DNA from: Oculatellaceae cyanobacterium bins.114 | GTDB lineage: Bacteria; Cyanobacteriota; Cyanobacteriia; Elainellales; Elainellaceae | Reading direction: 5' to 3' | Assembly: GCA_033764315.1 (NCBI GenBank) | Contig: JANRJA010000029.1 | Location: forward strand, 1-15,543 | Length of the DNA: 15,543 nucleotides | Part shown: piece after piece, positions 1 to 6,647 of the stretch | How the letters are laid out: each line of letters begins with the position of its first letter | Position numbering within the stretch: position 1 is the stretch's first letter | Position numbers and translations under genes: made by a program | The notes under the pieces: generated by a model | What the model saw: only the letters and a program-made list of their open reading frames with translations | Database searches by the model: none | What the model was told of the DNA's origin: nothing

Positions 1-140
1 TTTGGTCAATTTTGCAATTGTCCGAACGATTGTCGTGAATCTGTTTCGGGGACACGGGTATAGCTCAATTACTCAAGCCATTCGTCGGGTTGCCCATGAT
101 ATCCCTCGCCTTTTTTCCTTTTTTCAGTAGATCAGCCCTG
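1..140 (+). mobile_element. Right end of an ISAs1-family insertion sequence
   Basis: The transposase stop is followed directly by ATCAGCCCTG (131-140), whose reverse complement CAGGGCTGAT fits the CAGGG start typical of ISAs1 inverted repeats. Confidence 0.72.
2..130 (+). CDS. C-terminal fragment of an ISAs1-family transposase (5' part outside the window)
   Basis: Frame 2 reads LVNFAIVRTIVVNLFRGHGYSSITQAIRRVAHDIPRLFSFFQ* with TAG at 128-130. This resembles the NFxIxRxIxxNLFR-G-SIT-AxR C-terminus of cyanobacterial ISAs1 transposases (recognised from memory). Not in the ORF track. Confidence 0.8.
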   Translation: MVNFAIVRTIVVNLFRGHGYSSITQAIRRVAHDIPRLFSFFQ

Positions 141-189
141 CTTTGGCAAGGGGAGGTTGGGAGGGGTACTTTCAAATCAAATTGGTATA
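141..189. repeat. Right half of a GC-rich palindromic repeat plus a TA-ended terminus, apparently interrupted by the ISAs1
   Basis: CTTTGGCAAGGGGAGGTTGGGAGGGGT (141-167) resembles the right part of the cyanobacterial CCCCTT..AAGGGG repeat and is followed by TTCAAATCAAATTGGTATA (171-189). The left half is not visible. Confidence 0.45.
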
Positions 190-210
190 AGAGAATGTCT
201 GAGGAGGTTT

Positions 211-353
211 TGGCAGTTAAAACCGCGACTACAAAAACCAAGTCTGCAATGGCGGACTCAAATTAATCCAGTCCTTCTGTAACTTGCGAGGCAGGTTTTG
301 CCCTTGTAGCGTTCGGCTGAGGCTCACGCCGAAGTCTGCGACTTTAGTCACCA
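211..353. repeat. Two-armed inverted repeat element, each arm with two hairpins, carrying a 26-nt insert in the right arm
   Basis: Left arm 211-258 is TGGCAGTTAAAACCGCGACTACAAAAACCAAGTCTGCAATGGCGGACT. The reverse complement of 281-353 with 310-335 removed is TGGTGACTAAAGTCGCAGCTACAAGGGCAAAACCTGCCTCGCAAGTT. They align colinearly and most differences are transitions. Confidence 0.7.
310..335. repeat. Small dispersed repeat (SDR-like) hairpin insert
   Basis: CGTTCGGCTGAGGCTCACGCCGAAGT has TTCGGC/GCCGAA and TGAG/CTCA pairings. Removing it restores the host arm GTAG|CTGCGAC. Confidence 0.6.
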
Positions 354-626
354 ATGCTGCCTAAAACTAGACTTGAGGCATATCTCTCAAAGCACCTAAA
401 ATGCTGTAAAGCGATCTGTAAATAAAGATAAGCTTGTTACGAGTAACCCTGGTTTGGCGTGATAATCTAGCGGTCTTAGTGCTAATAGGAATGTCAAGTA
501 ATTTCTCAGGCACTTAAGGTGAGGGACAAAAGCTAAGACCTAAATTGAGATCTTTCTGTAAGGTTTGTGGTTTTGTCCTATGCTTCAGTCTTAACAAGAG
601 TTCTCTAGCTTCTACTTAAGATTATT

Positions 627-1886
627 GTGTTTCAGCTAAATTTTCCGTTTCTCAACCATTCATTCTGGAGCAGACGTTTAACTCTTAAAAGAGTTTTATC
701 TGCTTTCCTCATGGCAACCCTTTTGATCCTGAATACCGGTTGTGGTGGTTCATCCACGTCATCCAACAGCCCTACTGCATCCACTAGCCCGACTGCATCA
801 AGCAGCACTATAGAGGCGATCGGCGACGGCGAAGGAACTGTTTCGATTCTGGCTTGGCCCGGTTACATCGAGCGTGGAGAAACTGACAAAAACTATGACT
901 GGGTGACCGCATTTGAATCTGAAACAAGCTGCAAAGTCAGCGTCAAGACAGCGGCAACCTCTGATGAAATGGTGACGCTGATGAATCAGGGTGGCTTTGA
1001 CCTGGTCACCGCCAGCGGAGATGCAACCCGACGGTTGATTGCGGGCGGCAAAGTGCAAGAGGTCAATACCAAACTCATCCCCAGTTGGGATACGGTCGAT
1101 CCTCGTCTGCAAAATGCTCCCTGGCACACCGTGGATGGCAAACACTATGGAGTTCCCTATCAGTGGGGTTCCAATGTGTTGATGTACAACACCGAAGTTT
1201 TTTCTCAACCGCCTACAAGTTGGAACGTTATCTTTGAAGAGCAGACCCTGTCCGATGGCAAATCCAATAAAGGACGGGTACAGGCTTATGATGGCCCCAT
1301 TTACATTGCGGATGCTGCTCTGTATCTCAAAGCTCATCAGCCAGAATTAGGCATTACTGACCCCTATGAGCTAACCCAAGAACAGTTTGATGTGGCGATC
1401 GCCCTCCTCAAGCAACAGCGCAAGCTAGTGGGTCGTTATTGGCATGATGCCAACGTACAGGTCGATGACTTTGTGAATGAAGGGGTTGTTGCTTCCAGTT
1501 CCTGGCCTTTTCAGGTCAACCTGCTCAAGAGTCAGGGTGCCCCTGTGGATAGCGTGATTCCCTCTGAGGGTGCAACCGGATGGGCAGACACTACGATGCT
1601 GCATGCGTCTGCTGCTCACCCTAACTGTGCTTATAAATGGTTAGAGCATTCTATTTCGCCCAAAGTTCAGGGAGATGTAGCATCCTGGTTTGGCTCCGTT
1701 CCCACGGTTCCAAAAGCCTGTGAAGGCAATGATCTGCTGGGCAAAGAAGGCTGTGAAACCAACGGTTTTGAGAACTTTGATCAGATCAGTTTTTGGCGCA
1801 CTCCCATTGCCCAGTGCGACTCTGGAGCAGCCTGCGTGCCTTATTCTAAATGGGCGTCTAGCTACCTTGAAATTATTGGTAGTTGA
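627..1886 (+). CDS. ydcS: Polyamine-type ABC transporter substrate-binding lipoprotein, YdcS-like
   Basis: 419 aa with GTG start. Motifs AWPGYIERGETDKNYDWV, KTAATSDEMV, GRVQAYDGPIYIADAAL and GWADTTMLH closely match E. coli YdcS as recalled. Lipobox-like LNTG-C39 is followed by a Ser/Thr-rich linker. Confidence 0.92.
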   Translation: MFQLNFPFLNHSFWSRRLTLKRVLSAFLMATLLILNTGCGGSSTSSNSPTASTSPTASSSTIEAIGDGEGTVSILAWPGYIERGETDKNYDWVTAFESETSCKVSVKTAATSDEMVTLMNQGGFDLVTASGDATRRLIAGGKVQEVNTKLIPSWDTVDPRLQNAPWHTVDGKHYGVPYQWGSNVLMYNTEVFSQPPTSWNVIFEEQTLSDGKSNKGRVQAYDGPIYIADAALYLKAHQPELGITDPYELTQEQFDVAIALLKQQRKLVGRYWHDANVQVDDFVNEGVVASSSWPFQVNLLKSQGAPVDSVIPSEGATGWADTTMLHASAAHPNCAYKWLEHSISPKVQGDVASWFGSVPTVPKACEGNDLLGKEGCETNGFENFDQISFWRTPIAQCDSGAACVPYSKWASSYLEIIGS

Positions 1887-1913
1887 TCATCTGCGGGTCT
1901 TATAGCCTGATGA

Positions 1914-1938
1914 GTAGGGTGGGCCATGCTCATCCTAC
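1914..1938. repeat. REP-like palindrome
   Basis: GTAGGGTGGGCCATGCTCATCCTAC is a GTAG...CTAC-bounded imperfect hairpin 28 nt after the ydcS stop. Confidence 0.75.
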
Positions 1939-1952
1939 TTATCTGTGTAGAT

Positions 1953-2060
1953 TGCAGCAATACCCTGCTTGGTGAGGTACGGGGTGCAGGGGTGGAACCC
2001 CTGGCTGGGGGTGAAAGCCCCCAACACTCCCTGCACTCAAGCAACTTGCACACCGCTATA
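1953..2060. mobile_element. MITE-like element, copy A (degenerate terminal inverted repeats, GC cloverleaf core)
   Basis: Core 1979-2032 is ACGGGGTGCAGGGGTGGAACCCCTGGCTGGGGGTGAAAGCCCCCAACACTCCCT. The right end finishes in GCTATA. The left end TGCAGCAATACC is degenerate (about 13/28 match to the reverse complement of the right end). Confidence 0.6.
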
Positions 2061-2070
2061 GACAAAATGA

Positions 2071-2096
2071 ATAGGGTAGGCAATGTCCCACATTGC
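2071..2096. repeat. Degenerate second REP-like copy
   Basis: ATAGGGTAGGCAATGTCCCACATTGC resembles 1914-1938, so the two copies flank MITE-like copy A. Confidence 0.45.
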
Positions 2097-2134
2097 GGAT
2101 ACACTTCAATCGGATGGCTTTAGGAGAGGTAAGG

Positions 2135-3166
2135 GTGAGTACTGAAAGGCTTCCCGCAGTTGAATTTGTTCATGTCAGGCGCGATTTTGACGATATAACA
2201 GCAGTGAATGACGTGAGCTTTACTGTGCAGCAAGGAGAGTTTTTCTCGATGCTGGGGCCTTCAGGCTCAGGAAAAACAACCTGTCTCCGGCTCATTGCTG
2301 GGTTTGATCAGCCTTCTGCTGGCAGTATTCGTTTGGCGGGGCAAGATGCAACCCGGTTGCCGCCTTACGAGCGAGATGTCAACACTGTTTTTCAAGACTA
2401 TGCCCTATTTCCCCATATGACGGTGGAAGAAAATGTGGGTTATAGCCTGATGCTCAAAAAGGTTTCTCAGATGGAGCGCAAGAAGCGTGTTTCTGAGATG
2501 CTGGAGTTGGTGCAGCTAGCCACGTTGGGAAACCGCAAACCGTCCCAACTCTCTGGAGGGCAGCGACAGCGAGTCGCCCTTGCCCGTGCGCTAGTTAACC
2601 AACCACAGGTGCTGTTGCTCGATGAACCGCTGGGGGCATTGGATCTCAAATTGCGTCAGCAGATGCAGCTTGAGCTGAAATCGATTCAACAGCGATTGGG
2701 GATCACTTTTATCTTTGTGACCCATGATCAAGAAGAAGCATTAACCATGAGCGATCGCCTTGCCGTCTTCAATCAGGGCAAAATTGAGCAAATCGGCAGC
2801 CCACTTGAGGTTTATGAGCATCCAGCTACCGCTTTTGTAGCAAATTTTGTTGGAGTTTCTAACCTAGTCAGTGGTGCTCTTGCCCAGACGTTGACGGGGT
2901 CTCCTCACCTTTTTGCAATTCGTCCCGAAAAAATTGAGATGGCGGCTCCTGATACCGAGGTTTCAGACCACGTTGCAAGTGTGGTTGGCTCTGTCCAGGA
3001 TGTACTGTATTTGGGCATGTATACTCGCTATCGCGTGCAGCTACAGCCCGAAGGATTTTTGACGGTGATCGAGCAAAATCGAGATAAACCCCAATGGAGT
3101 CGGGGTGAAACGGTTCGACTGATTTGGGAGAAAACACACGCTTCTGCCGTGGTAAATGCATCATGA
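2135..3166 (+). CDS. ydcT: ABC transporter ATP-binding protein, PotA/YdcT-like
   Basis: Walker A GPSGSGKT, signature LSGGQRQR, Walker B LLLDEP, H-loop VTHDQEEA and a C-terminal TOBE-like region. Start placed at GTG 2135 behind AGGAGAGG (2122-2129). The track start at 2093 overlaps a REP-like repeat, and ATG 2114 is an alternative. Confidence 0.93.
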   Translation: MSTERLPAVEFVHVRRDFDDITAVNDVSFTVQQGEFFSMLGPSGSGKTTCLRLIAGFDQPSAGSIRLAGQDATRLPPYERDVNTVFQDYALFPHMTVEENVGYSLMLKKVSQMERKKRVSEMLELVQLATLGNRKPSQLSGGQRQRVALARALVNQPQVLLLDEPLGALDLKLRQQMQLELKSIQQRLGITFIFVTHDQEEALTMSDRLAVFNQGKIEQIGSPLEVYEHPATAFVANFVGVSNLVSGALAQTLTGSPHLFAIRPEKIEMAAPDTEVSDHVASVVGSVQDVLYLGMYTRYRVQLQPEGFLTVIEQNRDKPQWSRGETVRLIWEKTHASAVVNAS

Positions 3167-4104
3167 CCGACACATTATCGTCTCACCGCGTTCAGTCACG
3201 GGGACGGCAGCTTGCCAGTTTTTTCTACCAGCATCCCCAGTGGGTTTTAGTGTTGTTGCTGCTGCCTCCGCTGCTGTGGTTTGGTGTCGTTTACCTGGGG
3301 TCACTGTTGACTCTGCTGCTACAAAGCTTTTTTCATCTGGATGATTTCACCGGACAGGTTGTGCATCGGCTGACGCTAGACACCTATAGAGACTTGCTGA
3401 CACCATCGAATCTCAACATCGTCCTTCGCACGGTTGTGATGGCGACGATGGTAAGCCTCACCAGCATTCTGTTGGCGTTTCCGCTAGCCTATTACATGGC
3501 GCGATATGCGTCGCCACCAGTCAAGGCTGTGCTTTATCTGGCGGTGGTGATGCCCCTGTGGGCAAACTACCTGGTGCGGGTCTATTCCTGGAAACTCATT
3601 CTGGCAAAAGAAGGGATTTTGACCTGGCTGATTCACCTGCTGCATTTAGACTGGCTGTTGAATGCGCTCTTGAGCTTGCCAGGAATTGGAGGCCCTTCAT
3701 TGTCTGTATCGGCGATCGGGATGTTTTTGGCGTTTGTTTATCTCTGGTTGCCCTATATGATCTTGCCAGTTGAGGCTGCCTTAGAGCGAGTACCCCAGTC
3801 TTTGGTAGAGGCTTCGGCTGATTTGGGCGGTCATCCGCTAGAAACCTTTCGCTATGTCATTTTGCCTCTGGCCTTTCCAGGAGTGGTGGCTGGGTCTATT
3901 TTTACCTTCTCACTGACGCTGGGTGACTTTATTACGCCCAGCATTTTGGGTAACTCTAGCCCTTTTATTGGACAAGCTGCCTATATCTTGCAAGGCACGG
4001 CGGGCAACATTCCTTTGGCAGCCGCGTTTACCGTCGTTCCCCTGATGATCATGAGTATTTACCTGACGATCGCCAAGCGGCTAGGAGCATTTGATGCGCT
4101 CTGA
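3163..4104 (+). CDS. ydcU: ABC transporter permease, PotB/YdcU-like
   Basis: Multiple transmembrane segments and EAA loop [11 protein letters not shown] 3163 overlaps the upstream TGA as ATGA, indicating translational coupling. Confidence 0.92.
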   Translation: MTDTLSSHRVQSRGRQLASFFYQHPQWVLVLLLLPPLLWFGVVYLGSLLTLLLQSFFHLDDFTGQVVHRLTLDTYRDLLTPSNLNIVLRTVVMATMVSLTSILLAFPLAYYMARYASPPVKAVLYLAVVMPLWANYLVRVYSWKLILAKEGILTWLIHLLHLDWLLNALLSLPGIGGPSLSVSAIGMFLAFVYLWLPYMILPVEAALERVPQSLVEASADLGGHPLETFRYVILPLAFPGVVAGSIFTFSLTLGDFITPSILGNSSPFIGQAAYILQGTAGNIPLAAAFTVVPLMIMSIYLTIAKRLGAFDAL

Positions 4105-4894
4105 TATCGATCGCACTCCCATTCGCTTAAAAATTGCTGTTGGGGCAGTGCTGTTTTTTCTGTACTTTCCCTTTGCGGTGATTTTTTTGTATGCCTTTAC
4201 GACCGAAGATTCCGCCTATACCTTCCCCCCGCCTGGGCTGACGCTCAATTGGTTTCGAGTCGCCTGGGAACGCGCTGATTTGTGGCGATCGCTGTTGTTC
4301 TCTCTGCAAATCGCTACTGTCGCTACGGCGATCGCGCTTATATTAGGCACCTTAGCTGCCGCTGCTGTTTACCGCAGCAAGTTTTTTGGGCGAGAGACCA
4401 TCTCGTTTGTGCTGCTGCTGCCCATTGCCCTACCAGGAATCGTGACTGGCATTGCGCTGCGATCGGCGATCGATCTGCTGCATATCCCCTTTAGCTTTTG
4501 GACGATTGTGGTGGGTCACGCCACCTTTTGCATTGTTTTGATCTACAACAACGTCCTGGCCAGATTTCGTCGCACAGCTCGTTCCCTTAGCGAAGCTTCG
4601 ATGGATCTGGGGGCAGACCAATTTCAAACCTTCCGCTACATCACGTTACCTACATTGGGCACCGCACTGCTAGCGGGGGGAATGCTCGCCTTTGCCCTCT
4701 CGTTTGACGAGGTTATCGTTACGGTCTTTACCGCTGGTCAACAAGTCACTCTGCCCATCTGGATTTTGGATCAACTGACCAAACCTCGACAGCGACCCGT
4801 CACTAATATCGCAGCGATCTTTGTGATTATGCTGACGTTTATCCCGATCCTCACTGCAAACTGGCTGACCCGCCAGGTTGGAACAGAGAAATAG
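4094..4894 (+). CDS. ydcV: ABC transporter permease, PotC/YdcV-like
   Basis: EAA loop EASMDLGA and the SFDEVIVT and TLPIWI motifs. ATG 4094 follows AGGAG (4083-4087) and overlaps the ydcU end. Confidence 0.92.
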   Translation: MRSDIDRTPIRLKIAVGAVLFFLYFPFAVIFLYAFTTEDSAYTFPPPGLTLNWFRVAWERADLWRSLLFSLQIATVATAIALILGTLAAAAVYRSKFFGRETISFVLLLPIALPGIVTGIALRSAIDLLHIPFSFWTIVVGHATFCIVLIYNNVLARFRRTARSLSEASMDLGADQFQTFRYITLPTLGTALLAGGMLAFALSFDEVIVTVFTAGQQVTLPIWILDQLTKPRQRPVTNIAAIFVIMLTFIPILTANWLTRQVGTEK

Positions 4895-4957
4895 AGCACG
4901 CTAAGATCGCCGTGAAATTGTGCAAAACGATCGGAGTGTAGTGCTCTGTAGTGTTGC

Positions 4958-5062
4958 TATAGCCATAGTTATTCAGGTTAGGACGGGGTGCAGGGGTTCC
5001 ACCCTTGGCTGGGGCACCGCCCCCACACCCCCTAGGTCCTAAATTAGCTGGCTACAGCTATA
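4958..5062. mobile_element. MITE-like element, copy B (TATAGC...GCTATA ends, same cloverleaf core as copy A)
   Basis: Left end TATAGCCATAGTTATTCAGGTTAGGAC matches the reverse complement of the right end, TATAGCTGTAGCCAGCTAATTTAGGAC, at 18/27. Core is ACGGGGTGCAGGGGTTCCACCCTTGGCTGGGGCACCGCCCCCACACCCCCT. Confidence 0.7.
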
Positions 5063-5098
5063 TAAGCTCGATCTCATGACCCTTTTTATAGGTGGCTT

Positions 5099-5377
5099 AT
5101 GCTCTATTGCCTCGGAGATCAATGCCCGCTTTGCAACGACTGTTATCGTCATACGCAGCCCTCACCAGGACGCGATCGCTTCGCATCTTTGCCCTACGAT
5201 GCCACAACGGGTACCTGTGAATGGTTTCAGTCTAATCAACCCAGCGAGGTACTCATTCGTGAGACGGCGTACTATATTTGGCGACGAAACGGTTGCCCGG
5301 AGCATTGTGCTCAAGAGCATTGGGATGAAGCCTATCAGAGCTTATGTTTGAGCACCGGGAGACTCATCTCAGCGTAG
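5099..5377 (+). CDS. Small protein with an N-terminal Cys-rich module and a C-terminal DUF2934-like domain
   Basis: 92 aa with AGGTGG just upstream of the ATG. IRETAYYIWRRNGCPEHCAQEHWDEA fits the DUF2934 pattern IRxxAYxIWxxxGxPxGxxxxHWxxA. The N-terminus reads CxGxxCPLCxxCYR...CEWF. Confidence 0.78.
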   Translation: MLYCLGDQCPLCNDCYRHTQPSPGRDRFASLPYDATTGTCEWFQSNQPSEVLIRETAYYIWRRNGCPEHCAQEHWDEAYQSLCLSTGRLISA

Positions 5378-5403
5378 GCAAGCTACAACCAAAGGCTATT
5401 CAT

Positions 5404-5428
5404 GAGGGCGTTTTACGAAATGCCTCTA
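5404..5428. repeat. Degenerate REP-like hairpin, possible terminator
   Basis: GAGGGCGTTTTACGAAATGCCTCTA has a GGCGTTT/AAATGCC stem, 27 nt after the stop of the 92-aa ORF and between convergent genes. Confidence 0.5.
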
Positions 5429-5488
5429 GTGTAGGGATCAACGTCTATAAATCATATCTGGATTGAGCAACACTCACCATCTTTTGTC

Positions 5489-5587
5489 AGTCCGCGCAAA
5501 CGAATCGTTAGCAGGGGTTTGCGATCTGTAACTGTGACTGCGTAAAAGTTAACTTTACGCGTGTAGTGGCAGTTTCAATCGCCAAAA
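5489..5587. repeat. Single arm of the same family as 211-353, interrupted by inserted sequence
   Basis: The reverse complement of 5561-5587 is TTTTGGCGATTGAAACTGCCACTACAC, compared with TTTTGGCAGTTAAAACCGCGACTACAA at 208-234. A degenerate second hairpin AGTCCGCGCAAACGAAT lies at 5489-5505 and an internal palindrome GCGTAAAAGTTAACTTTACGC at 5540-5560. Confidence 0.55.
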
Positions 5588-5606
5588 TCTCTGTCCCAAA
5601 TCTAAC

Positions 5607-6206
5607 CTAACTGACAATCAAAAATAATTCTCGAATCCCTTCACTGCCAATCTCAACCGCTAGTGCAGCTAACAAAAACCCCAACAACTTGGTGGCAATA
5701 ATCGCTCCTTCTTCCCCAATCAACTTATCGATTTGAGAGGCTTGACGCACGATCGCCCACGTCACTACCATCGCAGAGACAATGCCAACTGCAACACTCA
5801 ATTGTGCCTCTGGCGACTCTGACATCAACAACATGACTGTGGTGAGGGTGCCAGGGCCAGCTAACAGAGGCAAGGCAAGCGGCGTAATCGCCACATCGCG
5901 CTCTTGATCGACCACAGGCGTTTCTAAATCGCCCTGTAACATGTCTAGTGCGATCAATAACAGCAACAGCCCCCCTGCGACCCGCAGCGATCCCATGCTG
6001 ATGTGCAAATAGTCCAACAGGGCTTGTCCAACAAAGGCAAACGCCAACAGAACGGCCGTTGCTACTAGAGTGGCTCGGTTGATCACACTATTCCGTTTCT
6101 CTACTTCCATCCCCTTTGTTAAGAGGGAAACGATGGGTGCATTACCTAAGGCATCTGCCAAAACAAACACTGCAACAAAGGTTTGAACTAGGACTGACGT
6201 GTTCAC
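5607..6206 (-). CDS. marC: MarC family integral membrane protein
   Basis: About six transmembrane helices with MarC motifs LRVAGGLLLLLIALDML, VAITPLALPLLAGPG and TKLLGFLLAALAVE. Start more likely GTG 6206 (MNTSVLVQTF) than the track TTG at 6251. Confidence 0.92.
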   Translation of the reverse strand: MNTSVLVQTFVAVFVLADALGNAPIVSLLTKGMEVEKRNSVINRATLVATAVLLAFAFVGQALLDYLHISMGSLRVAGGLLLLLIALDMLQGDLETPVVDQERDVAITPLALPLLAGPGTLTTVMLLMSESPEAQLSVAVGIVSAMVVTWAIVRQASQIDKLIGEEGAIIATKLLGFLLAALAVEIGSEGIRELFLIVS

Positions 6207-6340
6207 TGTGGCAAGCCAGAAAAGGGTTTCTCTTACAGTAGCGCAATTCAATCGTCTGGAATAGCGATGATGGAAGGGAATGGGAAGAGAGTTTTAAATT
6301 TTTAGTTTTTAGTTTTGAATTCTGAGTGATCTAAATCAAA

Positions 6341-6647
6341 TCATGCAACTCAAAATTCAAAACTTAACCTTCAAAACTGAATCCCCCCTTCCCCTCGTTA
6401 ACCTGGTACTACAACCATTGACGATTCAACTTATCATGCAACTCAAAATTCAAAATTCAAAACTTAACCTTCAAAACTGAATCTCCCCTTCCCCTCGTTA
6501 ACCCGGTACTACAACCATTGATGATTGATGATCCCACTTATCATGCAACTCAAAATTCAAAATTCAAAACTTAACCTTCAAAACTGAATCCCCCCTTCCC
6601 CTCCTTAACCCGGTAATACAACCATTGACGATTGACGATCCCACTTA
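6341..6647. repeat. Three-copy tandem repeat (93 + 107 + 107 bp) containing heptamer repeats
   Basis: Units start with TCATGCAACTCAAAATT at 6341, 6434 and 6541. Units 2 and 3 differ at 5 of 107 positions. Unit 1 lacks two 7-mers (one CAAAATT and one ATTGACG-type). Each unit ends in CTTA. Confidence 0.95.

Noticed and set aside
418..447. NtcA box upstream of ydcS (GTA-AATAAAGA-TAA) and palindrome GTTAC-GA-GTAAC
   Set aside because: One mismatch to GTA-N8-TAC and the nearest -10-like hexamer (463-468) is 31 nt away rather than about 22. The palindrome is too short to support alone.
1979..2032. tRNA or known ncRNA for the cloverleaf core
   Set aside because: Only two inner arms, no T-loop GTTC motif or CCA end, and it recurs inside terminal-repeat shells.
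1862..2123. ORFs 1862-2104 (-) and 1926-2123 (+)
   Set aside because: They run through REP-like and MITE-like repeats and look like chance open frames in GC-rich palindromes.
5076..5351. 91-aa ORF overlapping the DUF2934-like gene
   Set aside because: No recognisable motif. The 5099-5377 frame has a family-like pattern and an RBS-like sequence.
6343..6480. 45-codon plus-strand ORF MQLKIQNLTFK... inside the tandem repeat
   Set aside because: The frame is broken by heptamer indels in units 2 and 3 and there is no RBS, so it is probably incidental.
6341..6647. CRISPR array
   Set aside because: The units are near-identical along their whole length with no unique spacers, and no cas genes are present.
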